The notes beneath the pieces were generated by a model, which saw only the letters and a program-made list of their open reading frames with translations, searched no databases and had not been told where the DNA came from. Both the position numbers and the translations under genes were made by a program. This document shows, in pieces, positions 21,156 through 31,214 of a stretch of DNA of 64,000 nucleotides (positions within the stretch are counted from its first letter, which is position 1; each line of letters begins with the position of its first letter). The stretch comes from Collinsella sp. AF02-46-1. Its GTDB lineage: Bacteria > Actinomycetota > Coriobacteriia > Coriobacteriales > Coriobacteriaceae. The DNA lies in contig CAKXKM010000001.1 of NCBI GenBank assembly GCA_934876235.1, positions 832-64,831 of the forward strand, written 5' to 3'.

Positions 21156-22571
21156 CTAGAGCGTTTGAAGCAGAGCGATGAGGAAGCGAACGCCCTGGAG
21201 GTAGGCGCGGCGGGTAATGCGCTCGTTGGTGCCGTGGACGCCGCGATCGCACTCGTCATCGTCGACCACAAACGCCGAAAAACGAATGCATTCGGAGCAA
21301 ATGTGCTGGTAGTTGGCAGCGTCGGTCGCGCCGATCACGGTCGAGGGGACAATCGCCAACGGCTCGGATGATCCGTTTTCCTCCGTCCCCTTTGGATCGC
21401 GGAAATAGCGGGCAGCGATGGAGCGAACCGCCTCGAGGCCGGGACCACCGATGCGCGGGGACGGCGAGGGCTCGGAGCTGCCGGGGCCCAGCTCCACTTC
21501 GACACGACCGGCAAGGTCCGCCCCGGCAACCGCCTCACGGCAGCGCGCCACAACGTCGGCCACGCTCGTGCCCTCGAGCATGCGGAAGTTAATGTTGGCC
21601 CACATATCCTGCGGCATTACGTTGGCGCCGGCGCTGCCTCCCTCGATCTGCGTGGGCGCGCAGGTGGTCGTCACCAGCGGATAGAGCTTTTTGCTGGCGA
21701 GGCACTCGCGCACGATGGCATCCCCGTTGGCGGCAATCTCATCCGCCGTGTAGAGCCCCAGCTCGACAAGCTGCGCGGCAAGCAGGTCCGTGACGCGCGT
21801 CGGCCACTCGATATCGCAGATTGCGGCGATGGCACGGCTGAGCACCTCGAGCGACGTGCCGCCGTAGGGGTTAGACGAATGCCCGCCCTCGCTACGCGTC
21901 CTCAACACGATATCGGCGTAGCCCTTTTCGGCCAGGTCGGCATGCATAAGCCAGCCCTCGCCCGCGCCGTACTCGGCAGCCGAAACGATACGGTAGTCAC
22001 CCTCGTCGATCAGGAACTCGAGCTCAACACCGCGCTCCTCGAGCACGCGGCCGATAGCTCCAGCGCCGTACTGCGTGGTTTCCTCGTCCTGGCCAAAGGC
22101 GAGCAACAGCGAACGCTTGTGCTCCCAACCGTGCGCCAACGCATACTCAACCGCCTCGAGAATGCCTGCGACCTGATCCTTCATGTCGATAGCGCCGCGA
22201 CCCCAAATGTAGGTGTCGTCCACCTGTCCGCTAAAGGGGGCGTGCGTCCAGTCGGCCTCGGTACCCGGCACCACGGGGACCACGTCCATGTGGCCCATGA
22301 GCATGACGGGTTTGAGGGCGGAGTCGGAGCCGGAAAGCGTCACCAGCAACGAACGATCGATGAGCTCAGCCTTACCCGCCGCAAATACGTGCGGCCAGGC
22401 CTGCTGCATATACGCGCGCAGGTCGTCGAAGGGCTGCCAATCCACCGCCTCGGCATCCATGCTCGAAATGGTCGGAAACGACAGCACGCGGCCCAAGCGC
22501 TCGCACGCGCCGGCCTCGTCTATATCGGCAAAATCGTCCTCATGCGCAAAGAAGCGCCAAACCTCGGCCAT
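21156..22571 (-). CDS. M20-family metallopeptidase (dipeptidase/carboxypeptidase-like)
   Basis: 471 aa with motif LMGHMDVVPV and M20 dimerisation-domain organisation. Confidence 0.7.
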   Translation of the reverse strand: MAEVWRFFAHEDDFADIDEAGACERLGRVLSFPTISSMDAEAVDWQPFDDLRAYMQQAWPHVFAAGKAELIDRSLLVTLSGSDSALKPVMLMGHMDVVPVVPGTEADWTHAPFSGQVDDTYIWGRGAIDMKDQVAGILEAVEYALAHGWEHKRSLLLAFGQDEETTQYGAGAIGRVLEERGVELEFLIDEGDYRIVSAAEYGAGEGWLMHADLAEKGYADIVLRTRSEGGHSSNPYGGTSLEVLSRAIAAICDIEWPTRVTDLLAAQLVELGLYTADEIAANGDAIVRECLASKKLYPLVTTTCAPTQIEGGSAGANVMPQDMWANINFRMLEGTSVADVVARCREAVAGADLAGRVEVELGPGSSEPSPSPRIGGPGLEAVRSIAARYFRDPKGTEENGSSEPLAIVPSTVIGATDAANYQHICSECIRFSAFVVDDDECDRGVHGTNERITRRAYLQGVRFLIALLQTL

Positions 22572-22643
22572 GACATCCTTTCGATTGTGACGACAAAGGC
22601 CGCCCCACGGGAGCGGCCCTGCAACGTAAGCGTTTGCGGTCGG

Positions 22644-23429
22644 TTATTTGTCCTCGAGATAACGCGAGAGGAACTCGCGGGTGCGCTGGTGCTTAGGATT
22701 GCCAAAGAGCTCAGCCGGCGCGGCGTCCTCGAGCACCACGCCCTGGTCCATAAAGACCACGCGGTCGGACACGGTACGCGCGAAGGCCATCTCGTGGGTA
22801 ACGACGACCATGGTCATGCCGTCGGCGGCGAGCTTGCGCATGACCTCGAGCACCTCGCCCACGATCTCGGGGTCGAGTGCGGAGGTCGGCTCGTCGAACA
22901 GCATGATCTGCGGATTCATGCACAGGGCGCGGGCGATGGCCACGCGCTGTTTTTGACCACCGGACAGGCGACCAACGGCGGCGTGCGCGAACTTTTCGAG
23001 TCCCACGCTCGTCAGATGCTCCATCGCGACCTTCTCGGCCTCGGCCTTGCTCATCTTTTTGAGCGTGACGGGCGCGAGCGTGCAGTTGTCGAGCACATCC
23101 ATGTTGTTGAACAGGTTAAAGCCCTGGAACACCATGCCGATGTCCTCGCGCAATTTGTTGATGTTGCAGCGCTCGGCCGTGAGGTCCTGGCCGTGGAACC
23201 AGATGTGGCCCGCGTCCGGGGTCTCGAGCAGGTTGAGGCAGCGCAGGAAGGTCGATTTGCCCGAGCCCGAGGCGCCGATGATGGTGACAACCTCACCGGG
23301 ATTGACGGACAGGTCGATGCCCTTGAGCACCTCGAGCGAACCAAAGCTCTTGCGCAGGCCCTCGACGCGGATGAGCGGCTCATTGGTCTGTGCGGCGGCC
23401 GCAACGCCGGTAATGGCGGTATCTGCCAT
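22644..23429 (-). CDS. polar amino-acid ABC transporter, ATP-binding protein
   Basis: Walker [18 protein letters not shown] signature, GlnQ/HisP-like. The start is probably MADTAIT (track ORF 22644..23504). Confidence 0.85.
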   Translation of the reverse strand: MADTAITGVAAAAQTNEPLIRVEGLRKSFGSLEVLKGIDLSVNPGEVVTIIGASGSGKSTFLRCLNLLETPDAGHIWFHGQDLTAERCNINKLREDIGMVFQGFNLFNNMDVLDNCTLAPVTLKKMSKAEAEKVAMEHLTSVGLEKFAHAAVGRLSGGQKQRVAIARALCMNPQIMLFDEPTSALDPEIVGEVLEVMRKLAADGMTMVVVTHEMAFARTVSDRVVFMDQGVVLEDAAPAELFGNPKHQRTREFLSRYLEDK

Positions 23430-23451
23430 GATGATTCTCCTCGTCTTAAGC

Positions 23452-24600
23452 CTAGTTGGAGCTGGGCAACGTTGCCGGGGCCTCGGCGCCGAGCTTTTTG
23501 CCAAAGGCCTCGAGTAGGCGGCTCGCCACGAGCGTCAGGATCAGGTAGACCACGAGCGCCACGCAGTAGACCTCCATCTGGCGGTAGTACACGCCGGCGA
23601 CCGTGGTAGTAGCGTACATGAGGTCGAACACGCCGATGACCGAGAGCACCGACGAATCCTTGATGTTGATGATGAGCTCGTTGGTGAGCGCAGGAATCGC
23701 GTTTTTAATGCCCTGGGGGAACACGACCTTGCGCATAGCCTGCCACTGCGACAGGCCCAGCGAGCGCGCTGCCTCGGCCTGGCCGGGATCGATGGACTCG
23801 ATGCCGCCGCGCAGGACCTCCATCATGTAGGCGGTGGAGTTGAGCGAGATGGTGACGAGGCCAGCGGTAAAGGTACTCCAGATCTGGTTGGCCTGGGCGG
23901 TCTCGAAGCCCATGCCGCGCAGGACGGTAAAGCCCGCATAGTAGATGAGCAGGCCCTGGACCATCATGGGCGTGCCGCGCACGATGGTGGAGTAGACGGT
24001 CGCAAAGCCGCGGCCGATGCTCTTAAAGAAGCGCACCAGATCGTTGTCTACGCGGTCGAAGGTCTGAATACGCAGGAACACAAAGAGCAGCGCCAGGAAG
24101 AATGCGATGACGGTGCCGAAGGTGGCAAGCGCGATGGTGATCTCGATGCCACGGATGAAGAAGTCGCCGCTCTTGTAGGTCATGTAGACCAGGCTCGACA
24201 AAAAGTCGCTGGGGTTGGAATCCGAGACAATGCTCACCTGCACCAGATCGATAAACGACATGACGCAGCGGTCCACGAAAAAGATCGCCGCGATGGCGAC
24301 CACGACGTAGCTGCCCAGGCGTGCGCCACGGCGGCAACGCTCGGAGGCGAACGGCGACTTTTCGCGATAGTCGTTCCAGTGCATGAGCTTGGTGACCAGC
24401 GCCGCCGCCGACACGACGAGCCAGGCCCAAAGAATCGCCCAAAGGCAATCTTGGAACACGCCCGTGGGAGCCAGGAAGCTCAGCGGTGTGGGGTTGCGCT
24501 GGCTAAACGCCAGGCCGAGCGCCGCGATAACGCTCGTGCCCAGGTATACATAACGGTGGTCGGCCTTGATAAAGGAGGCCAGACGATTAATGGCTTTCAT
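23452..24600 (-). CDS. polar amino-acid ABC transporter permease (with N-terminal extension)
   Basis: His/Glu/Gln/Arg/opine-family permease EAA-type region ([21 protein letters not shown]); 382 aa. Confidence 0.8.
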   Translation of the reverse strand: MKAINRLASFIKADHRYVYLGTSVIAALGLAFSQRNPTPLSFLAPTGVFQDCLWAILWAWLVVSAAALVTKLMHWNDYREKSPFASERCRRGARLGSYVVVAIAAIFFVDRCVMSFIDLVQVSIVSDSNPSDFLSSLVYMTYKSGDFFIRGIEITIALATFGTVIAFFLALLFVFLRIQTFDRVDNDLVRFFKSIGRGFATVYSTIVRGTPMMVQGLLIYYAGFTVLRGMGFETAQANQIWSTFTAGLVTISLNSTAYMMEVLRGGIESIDPGQAEAARSLGLSQWQAMRKVVFPQGIKNAIPALTNELIINIKDSSVLSVIGVFDLMYATTTVAGVYYRQMEVYCVALVVYLILTLVASRLLEAFGKKLGAEAPATLPSSN

Positions 24601-24609
24601 GCTGCCTCC

Positions 24610-25536
24610 CTATGCCGGCTGACGGTCGAGGCACGCGTCCCACATTTGGTCGCGCTCCTCTTGGCTAATGCCCTTGAGTGTCTTGTCGATGAGCTTAAGC
24701 AGCTTGTCCGAGCCCTTGCGGCAGCCGACGTTTGCCGTGACCTCCTGCTTAAAGCCCTCGCCCTCGGCAAAGTGGATGGGGACGATACCGGGATTTTGGG
24801 CCATATAGCCCTTTTCGTTCTCCGTGTTGTAGGTCACGGCGTCGCACGTGCCCTGCAGCAGATTCGAAAACACCGTGGGGACCGAATCGACCGGGTTTTT
24901 GTGCACAACGCCCGGGATCTCGTCAATGACAGTGTCGAGCATGGTGTCCTTTTGGCCGAGCACCGTGGCACCGCTGAAGTCGCTGAGCTTGGTGGCGTTT
25001 TGGTAGGGCGAGCCCTCTTTTACGAACAGGCCAAAGTAGCCAATGAAGTACGGGTCGGAAAAGCCGACGGACTCCTCGCGCTCGGGCGTGGCGCTCATGC
25101 CGGCGATGATGAGGTCGATCTGGCCGTTGTTGAGCGAGTCGATAAGGCCCGAGAAGCTCTGCTTGACGGCGACGGGCTCGCCGCCGAGAGCCTTGCAGAC
25201 GATCTTGGCGATCTGCACGTCGTAACCATCGGCATAGGCGCCCTGCACGTTGTCGATGGGGATGGTGTACTCGCTGGCTTCGGAGACCTGCCAGTTGTAC
25301 GGGGCGTAGGCCGCCTCCATGCCAATGCGGATCTTGTCCTTGCCGATCACGGAATCGGACAGGTCATCGCGGCCGCCGCCCGTCGTGGGCTGAACTACTT
25401 CCAGCGTGGAGGGGCGCTGGCAACCGGCAAGTGCGCCGGCGACGACAGAAGCGCTCGCAGCGAGAGCGCTACCCAAAAAGATGCGACGGCTGCATACCGG
25501 CTGTGGATGCGCGTCGCGTTGATGGGGAGAATGCAT
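24610..25536 (-). CDS. amino-acid ABC transporter substrate-binding lipoprotein
   Basis: Tat-like RRIFLGSALAAS signal with lipobox LAGC and an SBP_bac_3-type fold. The track ORF starts at 25608; the likely start is MHSPHQ. Confidence 0.8.
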   Translation of the reverse strand: MHSPHQRDAHPQPVCSRRIFLGSALAASASVVAGALAGCQRPSTLEVVQPTTGGGRDDLSDSVIGKDKIRIGMEAAYAPYNWQVSEASEYTIPIDNVQGAYADGYDVQIAKIVCKALGGEPVAVKQSFSGLIDSLNNGQIDLIIAGMSATPEREESVGFSDPYFIGYFGLFVKEGSPYQNATKLSDFSGATVLGQKDTMLDTVIDEIPGVVHKNPVDSVPTVFSNLLQGTCDAVTYNTENEKGYMAQNPGIVPIHFAEGEGFKQEVTANVGCRKGSDKLLKLIDKTLKGISQEERDQMWDACLDRQPA

Positions 25537-25633
25537 AATCTGCCTTCCCTGTTGAATCGTATGCTGACGACTTAACAGGATATACGCCAGCGACCAGCAG
25601 CGCAGCACAAGCTCGAAAAATTAATAGACACAC

Positions 25634-25815
25634 GGTAGTCATTGGGAGCGTCGATGTTTTGGCAATGCCAGCGAGCGCCGCCCAGAGCGAACAAGTTAGC
25701 ATGAAAAAGGCAAGGCATAGACCTTCTGGTCATGCCTTGCCTTTTGAATGACAAATTGTCGCTCTGGGTGGCGCGCAGCGTCGACCGGTCCGTCGTTCGT
25801 TAGAACGGCGGAACC
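25634..25815 (+). repeat. structured repeat family R1, copy C
   Basis: Same conserved core (GATG at 25653). The 5' end shares GGTAGTCATTGGG with copy A. The copy ends 1 nt before the aldose-epimerase stop codon (25817-25819). Confidence 0.8.
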
Positions 25816-25816
25816 T

Positions 25817-26710
25817 CTAGAGCAGGGTAACGCTAAAGCTGCGAACGTCCGTCTCACCCGGTGCCAAGGTAATGGTGTTGACCTTGTGCTCAAAGACGTC
25901 GTCCTCGGTGTCCATGGTGGTGTGGCCGGTCCAGGGCTCGAGCGCCACAAACGGGGCGTCGTTGGCGGCAGACCACACGCCGATGTACTTAAAGCCCTCA
26001 AAGTCGATCTTGACGCCGTGGCCCGACTTGCGGCCGCGCAGCGTGAGCGTGGAACCCGGGACATCGGTGAACATGATGGCATCGTTATCGAAGCTGCGGT
26101 GCGTGATGGGCAGCACGTCCGAGTTATCGGGAGCCTTGTAGCTACCCTCGAACGTCATGAGACCGTCGGGCGTGATGATGGGAGCCTCGTTCGTCCAGGC
26201 CTCGGTAAACGCCAGCTCGTAATCCTCGAATACCTCGTCCTCGGCACCGGGGGCGGGCACGTTAAATGCGGGGTGGCCGCCCACCGAGAACGGCAGGTCC
26301 ACGTCGCCGGTGTTCGTAACGGCAAAGGTCTGGGTAAGCGTGGCGTCGCCGGTCAGGGCATAGGTCATGTTGAGCTTAAAGTGAAACGGAAAGGCCTTGA
26401 GCGACTCGGGCGTATCGGTGATCTCGTACGTTACCGAGGAGCCGTCCTCCGAAACCTCGACCAGCTTGTGCTCGACGATGCGCGCGAGTCCGTGGCGCGG
26501 CATCTCGCAGGTGCCGGCCGCAGACGTTGCCGTGTTGTTGCGCAGCGAGCCCACAATGGGGAACAGGATGGGCGCATGCTTGCCCCAAAAGGTGGGATCG
26601 CCCTGCCACAGATACTCGTTGCCGTTGAGGGCAAGGCTCGTGAGCTGGGCACCCATGGAATCGATGGCCGCGGTGAGGCCGCCGCGCTTGATGGTAGTGA
26701 CGGTGGACAT
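25817..26710 (-). CDS. aldose 1-epimerase family protein (YihR-like)
   Basis: Motifs ILFPIVGSLRN and GGHPAFN; about 297 aa from the internal Met. Confidence 0.75.
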   Translation of the reverse strand: MSTVTTIKRGGLTAAIDSMGAQLTSLALNGNEYLWQGDPTFWGKHAPILFPIVGSLRNNTATSAAGTCEMPRHGLARIVEHKLVEVSEDGSSVTYEITDTPESLKAFPFHFKLNMTYALTGDATLTQTFAVTNTGDVDLPFSVGGHPAFNVPAPGAEDEVFEDYELAFTEAWTNEAPIITPDGLMTFEGSYKAPDNSDVLPITHRSFDNDAIMFTDVPGSTLTLRGRKSGHGVKIDFEGFKYIGVWSAANDAPFVALEPWTGHTTMDTEDDVFEHKVNTITLAPGETDVRSFSVTLL

Positions 26711-26789
26711 GCTACTTCCTCCAATAGTAAACAACGGTGTCGAGGGCTATTGTCCCACTCTTGGCGGCGGGGTTGAGCGACAGGTGCAG

Positions 26790-27659
26790 TTATTGAGCAA
26801 TAGCGTAAAGGTCAAACCCGCCCTGCGGCGTGCTATCGACCGTATCGGGCGCCTGTGAATTAAAACTCACCGGAACCATGCGCTTTGAGGCACGGTAACG
26901 CGTGCCGTCGGTGGCGACGGGCGGCTCATCGACCGTGAGCTCGTAGTCGCCGGGCTTGAGCTCGATGCCGTCACCTTCGGAATTGACGTATTGGTACTCG
27001 TCGATCGCTTGCCCCTTGAGCGTGCGACCCACGATATGGACGAGCATCTGGCTGTCGCCGCGCGCGGTGTCCCACGTCGCGCCGTCCTTGACCTCGACCG
27101 ATACATGCACCGAGCGCGTGCGGCTGAGCGATTGTTCGACGGACATCTCGACCTTGGCGGCGTCTTTTCGTTGTTGTTCAACATGACTCCAGACGTTTCC
27201 AATTACCGAGCATGCGATAACGCCGGCCATGAAGGCGATGAGGATGGGGCCGAGCGGCGAGCGGCGGCCAGCATCTTCCTCGCGAGCCAAGTCGGGACGA
27301 TGCGTGGGCGCGGGCGCCTGAGCGCCCTGCGAGGGCACGTCGAGAATGCTGAAGGATGCCGTGCTGTCGGGATCGATAGTGTGACGCGGCTGCGGGGTCT
27401 TTGCCGGCGAGATGGACATATCGGCCGGCTCACCGAGCGTGGCTGTGGCATCGGCCTTAGCCTCATCGGCCTCGGCTTGGGCCCAAGCCTGTTCAAAGGT
27501 TAGGGGTTCGGCGGCATCGGAGGCGGCTTCAGGCTCGACACCGGCATCGTTGCCGGTGTCGTCCTCGTCGCTCGACACGTCACACGGCGCGGGCTCGTCC
27601 CACTCTTCGTCCGGAGCCTCGCCCTCGCTATACCACCATTCAAAGTTATCGATATCCAT
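26790..27659 (-). CDS. hypothetical membrane-anchored protein (acidic N-terminal region, one TM helix, C-terminal extracytoplasmic domain)
   Basis: 289-aa ORF with no recognisable family. Called from ORF length and operon-like position only. Confidence 0.4.
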   Translation of the reverse strand: MDIDNFEWWYSEGEAPDEEWDEPAPCDVSSDEDDTGNDAGVEPEAASDAAEPLTFEQAWAQAEADEAKADATATLGEPADMSISPAKTPQPRHTIDPDSTASFSILDVPSQGAQAPAPTHRPDLAREEDAGRRSPLGPILIAFMAGVIACSVIGNVWSHVEQQRKDAAKVEMSVEQSLSRTRSVHVSVEVKDGATWDTARGDSQMLVHIVGRTLKGQAIDEYQYVNSEGDGIELKPGDYELTVDEPPVATDGTRYRASKRMVPVSFNSQAPDTVDSTPQGGFDLYAIAQ

Positions 27660-27744
27660 ACGGGGCGCCCCTTAAGCCTCGCAAATAAACACTTGCCAGC
27701 CTTATACCCCCAGATGGCGCGGGAACTCGCCGGCACAGACAGGA

Positions 27745-27860
27745 AAACCGTCACAACATTCGACGCTTTTCCTCGTTTTCGAGATTTTCGCCGAATGTTG
27801 TGACGGTTTGGGCAGCAGCCACACCGCGAATGTGACGAAGGAGCAGCCCCCTTGTCACAT
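27745..27860. repeat. repeat family R2, composite copy 1 (hairpin CGTCACAACATT-N33-AATGTTGTGACG plus palindrome variant GTGACGAAGGAGC..CCCCCTTGTCAC)
   Basis: Nearly identical to the composite copy at 32824-32922. Its palindrome arm contains the MerR-gene stop codon (27855-27857). Confidence 0.75.
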
Positions 27861-28724
27861 CTGAAGGGCGACGGGGATTTGGATGCAGCAGAAGTCCTCT
27901 TGGTGGGACTCGTCGTAGCTCGTGGTGTCCAAGTAGCAAAAATCGAAAGCGTTGCCGATGGGCTGGAGCGCATGTTTGTCCATGCAGGCGACGATGGCGC
28001 GGATACCTTCGGGCTCGTACGGCATGCCCCAGCGGCTCATGCATAGATACGTGCCCTCGGGCAGCACCTCGACGCCAATCTCTGTCAGCTCGGCAGGATC
28101 GCTCGGCAGCGTTTCCTCGGCACCGCGCGGCAGCACGGCAAAGGAGCCCGCGCCGGCGATAGGGTCGTCGGAATGCAGCGCCTCGCGACGCAGCATGGCA
28201 CCCCAGCCGCGCATGGGACGCGTGCCCGTCAACGCACGCATGCGCAGGATGGCCCGCATGAGCGTGGGGTGAAGCATCGAGCGGCCGCGCTCGATATCGC
28301 CTGGAAACTCCTCAAAGACCACGAAGCGGCGCTCGAACTGCTTGAGCTCCGGCTTGCCCTCGCGCTCGCGCCAGTAAACTGCCTCGTCGTAAAAGCTCAG
28401 ACGCTCCTGCACGCTCGCACGCTCGGCTTTGAGCCCGGCAATCTGCTCGTCGAGCGCCTGCACCCGCGAGCGCAGGTGGTCGGTCATCTCGCTAATGTCG
28501 AACGTCGAGGCTAGGCGGTCGATCTCATCGAGTTCGAGCCCTAGGTCGCGCAGCATGCAGATCAGACGCATGAGCGGGATCTGCGTGGGCGAATAGAAAC
28601 GGTAGCCTTTTTCGTTAACCACGGCGGGCTTAAACAGGCCGATCTTGTCGTAGTAGATGAGCGTTTGGCGCGAAACGTTAAACAAACTCGCCATCTCGCT
28701 AATCGCATACATGCCCGTCTGCAT
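27855..28724 (-). CDS. MerR-family transcriptional regulator with C-terminal effector domain
   Basis: MerR HTH (MYAISEMASLFNVSRQTLIYYDKIGLF) and a C-terminal domain of about 180 aa. Confidence 0.75.
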   Translation of the reverse strand: MQTGMYAISEMASLFNVSRQTLIYYDKIGLFKPAVVNEKGYRFYSPTQIPLMRLICMLRDLGLELDEIDRLASTFDISEMTDHLRSRVQALDEQIAGLKAERASVQERLSFYDEAVYWREREGKPELKQFERRFVVFEEFPGDIERGRSMLHPTLMRAILRMRALTGTRPMRGWGAMLRREALHSDDPIAGAGSFAVLPRGAEETLPSDPAELTEIGVEVLPEGTYLCMSRWGMPYEPEGIRAIVACMDKHALQPIGNAFDFCYLDTTSYDESHQEDFCCIQIPVALQM

Positions 28725-28815
28725 AGATCCTCCCGACACATCCTTTGACGCGAAAAGCCCGCCGCCCACAGGGGCAGCGGGCTCAAACACTCCTCGTATC
28801 CTACCCTAAAGACGC

Positions 28816-29394
28816 CTATGACCAGCGCTTATAGTTTGCACATGACACGCCGACGGCCTCGAGCGCCTTGGCGGCGATGTGATGCACCGCGTCATCGAGC
28901 GTGGCGGGGCCGTTGTAAAACGTGAGCATGGGCGGCATGAGCATGATGCCGGGCACGCGCGCCAGGCGCGCCATGTTATCGACGTGAATGGCGCTGAAGG
29001 GCGTCTCGCGCACCATGAGCACCAGGCGGCGCTGCTCTTTCATCTGCACGTCGGCCGCGCGCAACAACAGGTTTTCGCTGTAGCCGCTCGCAATGCCGGC
29101 GAGCGTCTTCATGGAGCAGGGGGCCACGATCATACCGTCGACCGGATAGGTGCCGCTTGCGATGGCGGCGCCGATGTTCTTGTTGTCGTAGACCGCATCG
29201 GCATAGCACGCAAACTCGTCGAGCGTCATGCCGAGCTCCTGCTCGATGGTGATCTCTCCCCCGCGCGTGACGACAAGCGCCGACTCGGCACCGGCCTGAC
29301 GCAGGCATTTGAGGCACTCAAGGCCCAGCGCGGCACCGCTGGCGCCAGACACGCCAACGACAATGCGACGGGGACGGACAGAAGACTCAGGCAT
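28816..29394 (-). CDS. ubiX: flavin prenyltransferase UbiX (prFMN synthase)
   Basis: Flavoprotein motifs VVGVSGASGAA and MVAPCSMKTLAGIA; 193 aa from Met68 of the track ORF. Upstream sequence of the track ORF overlaps repeat copy D and is not coding. Confidence 0.85.
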   Translation of the reverse strand: MPESSVRPRRIVVGVSGASGAALGLECLKCLRQAGAESALVVTRGGEITIEQELGMTLDEFACYADAVYDNKNIGAAIASGTYPVDGMIVAPCSMKTLAGIASGYSENLLLRAADVQMKEQRRLVLMVRETPFSAIHVDNMARLARVPGIMLMPPMLTFYNGPATLDDAVHHIAAKALEAVGVSCANYKRWS

Positions 29395-29414
29395 GACAAC
29401 TCCTAACAACAAAA

Positions 29415-29584
29415 TGGCAGCTATAGGTCGGGCAATGTCAGCGAGCGCGCGTCTGGCGAGGCAAGGTGCCCCGAAACAAGAAGGCATAGGGCTTATGCCC
29501 ATGCCTTCGCAGTTGAGGGGCAGATTGCCCGCCAGGCGCGGGCGCAGCGTCGAGTGGTCCGGCGTTCGGTAGAACGCCGGAACC
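29415..29584 (+). repeat. structured repeat family R1, copy D
   Basis: Variant core (GGGCAATGTCAGCGAGCG...) with the same helices carrying compensatory substitutions. The copy ends exactly at the ubiD stop codon (29585-29587), between ubiD and ubiX. Confidence 0.75.
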
Positions 29585-31075
29585 TTAGAAAGCAATCTCC
29601 TTGGCCCACTTGTCTGTGTCGATCTCCATGAACTGCGAGCGGATGAAGTTCTTCTTGAGGTCGAACGGGACCGTGCAGTCGAAGATGGCCTTGCAGGCGA
29701 TGCCGTGCTCGCGGATCGTGGGGTCGAACGCGGGGTCGTTGGACGGATCGAGCACGTGGCAGTGGCAACCGGGGATGGTGATGAGGTCCACGTCGGCCTG
29801 GAAGCGCGTGGTCATGGCCCACATCACGTCGCTCATATCGAAGATATCGACATCCTCGTCAACAAGGATGACGTGCTTGAGCTCGGAGAACGCCGAGAAG
29901 GCGAGCATGGCGGCGTTGCGCTGACGGCCCTCGTCATTTTTGCTCGACTTCTTGAACTGCATGATAGCAACGAACTTGCCGCCGCCGCAGGGAGCGGCGT
30001 GGACGTTGAGCAGACGGCCCGGGATGGCGGTCTCGACCATCTTGTAGATGGAGGCCTCGGTGGGGATACCGGCCATGGACACGTGCTCGTGCGAAGGACC
30101 GATGCAGCTCTCCATAATGGGGTTGACGCGCGTGGTAACGGCGGTGATCTTGATCACCGGGCAGACCTTGGCGCCACCGGTGTAACCGGGGAACTCGGGC
30201 ATGGCGTAGCCGTGGCCGTTGACGTCCTCGTTGATGGTCTCGTCGTGCATGAGGTAGCCCTCGAGCACGTACTCGGCATTGGCAATGCACTTCTGCGGAA
30301 CGGTGACGCAGTCGGCAAGCTCGACGGCGTGGCCGCGCAGGGCACCGGCGATCTGCAGCTCGTTGAAGCCGAGCGGCGTGGTGGGAGCCTCGAAGCCGCA
30401 GCACATGTACACGGCGGGGTCCAGACCGATGGAGATGGAGATGGGCATATCCTCGCCACGCTGGCAGTACTCGTCAAAGAACGCGCCCAGGTGACGGCTG
30501 CCGGGGGTAATCCACATGGCGAGCTTGTCCTTGTCGACGCAGGAGAAACGGTGGATGGTCACGTCGGACTGGGAGCCGTCGGGGCTCGTGCCGTAGGCGA
30601 GGCCCATGGTGATGTAGGGGCCGCCGTCGACGGGCGTGTTGGTAGGAGCGGGAACGATCTTGCGCAGGTCAAAGCCCTCGTCGGTCGCCTTGTACACGAC
30701 CTCCTGGCAGTCGACGTGCGCACCCTCGGCGATCTGCTCGGGCGCGATCAGGTTCTCGAAGCGCTTGCCGATCTCGAGGCCCAGGTGCTCCTCGTCCAGG
30801 TCGAGCAGGGCGGCAACGCGCTTGCGGCTGGCAAGCATGCCGATGCAGACCTTGGCATCGTCAAAGCCCTTGACGTTGTTGAAGACCATCGCCGGGCCCT
30901 CTTTGGTCGGGCGCATAACGGTGCCGCCGGCACCGACGTGACGATAGACACCCGAGACCTCGGCGTCCGGGTCGACCTGAGTGTCGGTCTCGAGCAGCTG
31001 GCCCGGCATCTCGCGCAAAAAGTCGAGCGCGGAGCGCAGGTCGTGGATCTGGGAAGCATCGGTAGTGGACATAGC
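29585..31075 (-). CDS. ubiD: UbiD-family prFMN-dependent (de)carboxylase
   Basis: 497 aa from MSTTDASQ with full-length UbiD-family similarity. The track ORF starts at 31150. Confidence 0.85.
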   Translation of the reverse strand, partial: AMSTTDASQIHDLRSALDFLREMPGQLLETDTQVDPDAEVSGVYRHVGAGGTVMRPTKEGPAMVFNNVKGFDDAKVCIGMLASRKRVAALLDLDEEHLGLEIGKRFENLIAPEQIAEGAHVDCQEVVYKATDEGFDLRKIVPAPTNTPVDGGPYITMGLAYGTSPDGSQSDVTIHRFSCVDKDKLAMWITPGSRHLGAFFDEYCQRGEDMPISISIGLDPAVYMCCGFEAPTTPLGFNELQIAGALRGHAVELADCVTVPQKCIANAEYVLEGYLMHDETINEDVNGHGYAMPEFPGYTGGAKVCPVIKITAVTTRVNPIMESCIGPSHEHVSMAGIPTEASIYKMVETAIPGRLLNVHAAPCGGGKFVAIMQFKKSSKNDEGRQRNAAMLAFSAFSELKHVILVDEDVDIFDMSDVMWAMTTRFQADVDLITIPGCHCHVLDPSNDPAFDPTIREHGIACKAIFDCTVPFDLKKNFIRSQFMEIDTDKWAKEIAF

Positions 31076-31214
31076 ATGCTCCTTTCGGGAGAGTGCCCGG
31101 CGGCGAGGATGCCGCCGGGCTGGGTAACGTAGTGGGGCCGCGGCGCTCATAGATGGGACGCTCGGCCACTCGCAGTTCGAGCACTCGGCTGCTTACAGCC
31201 AAGCACTCGACTGC

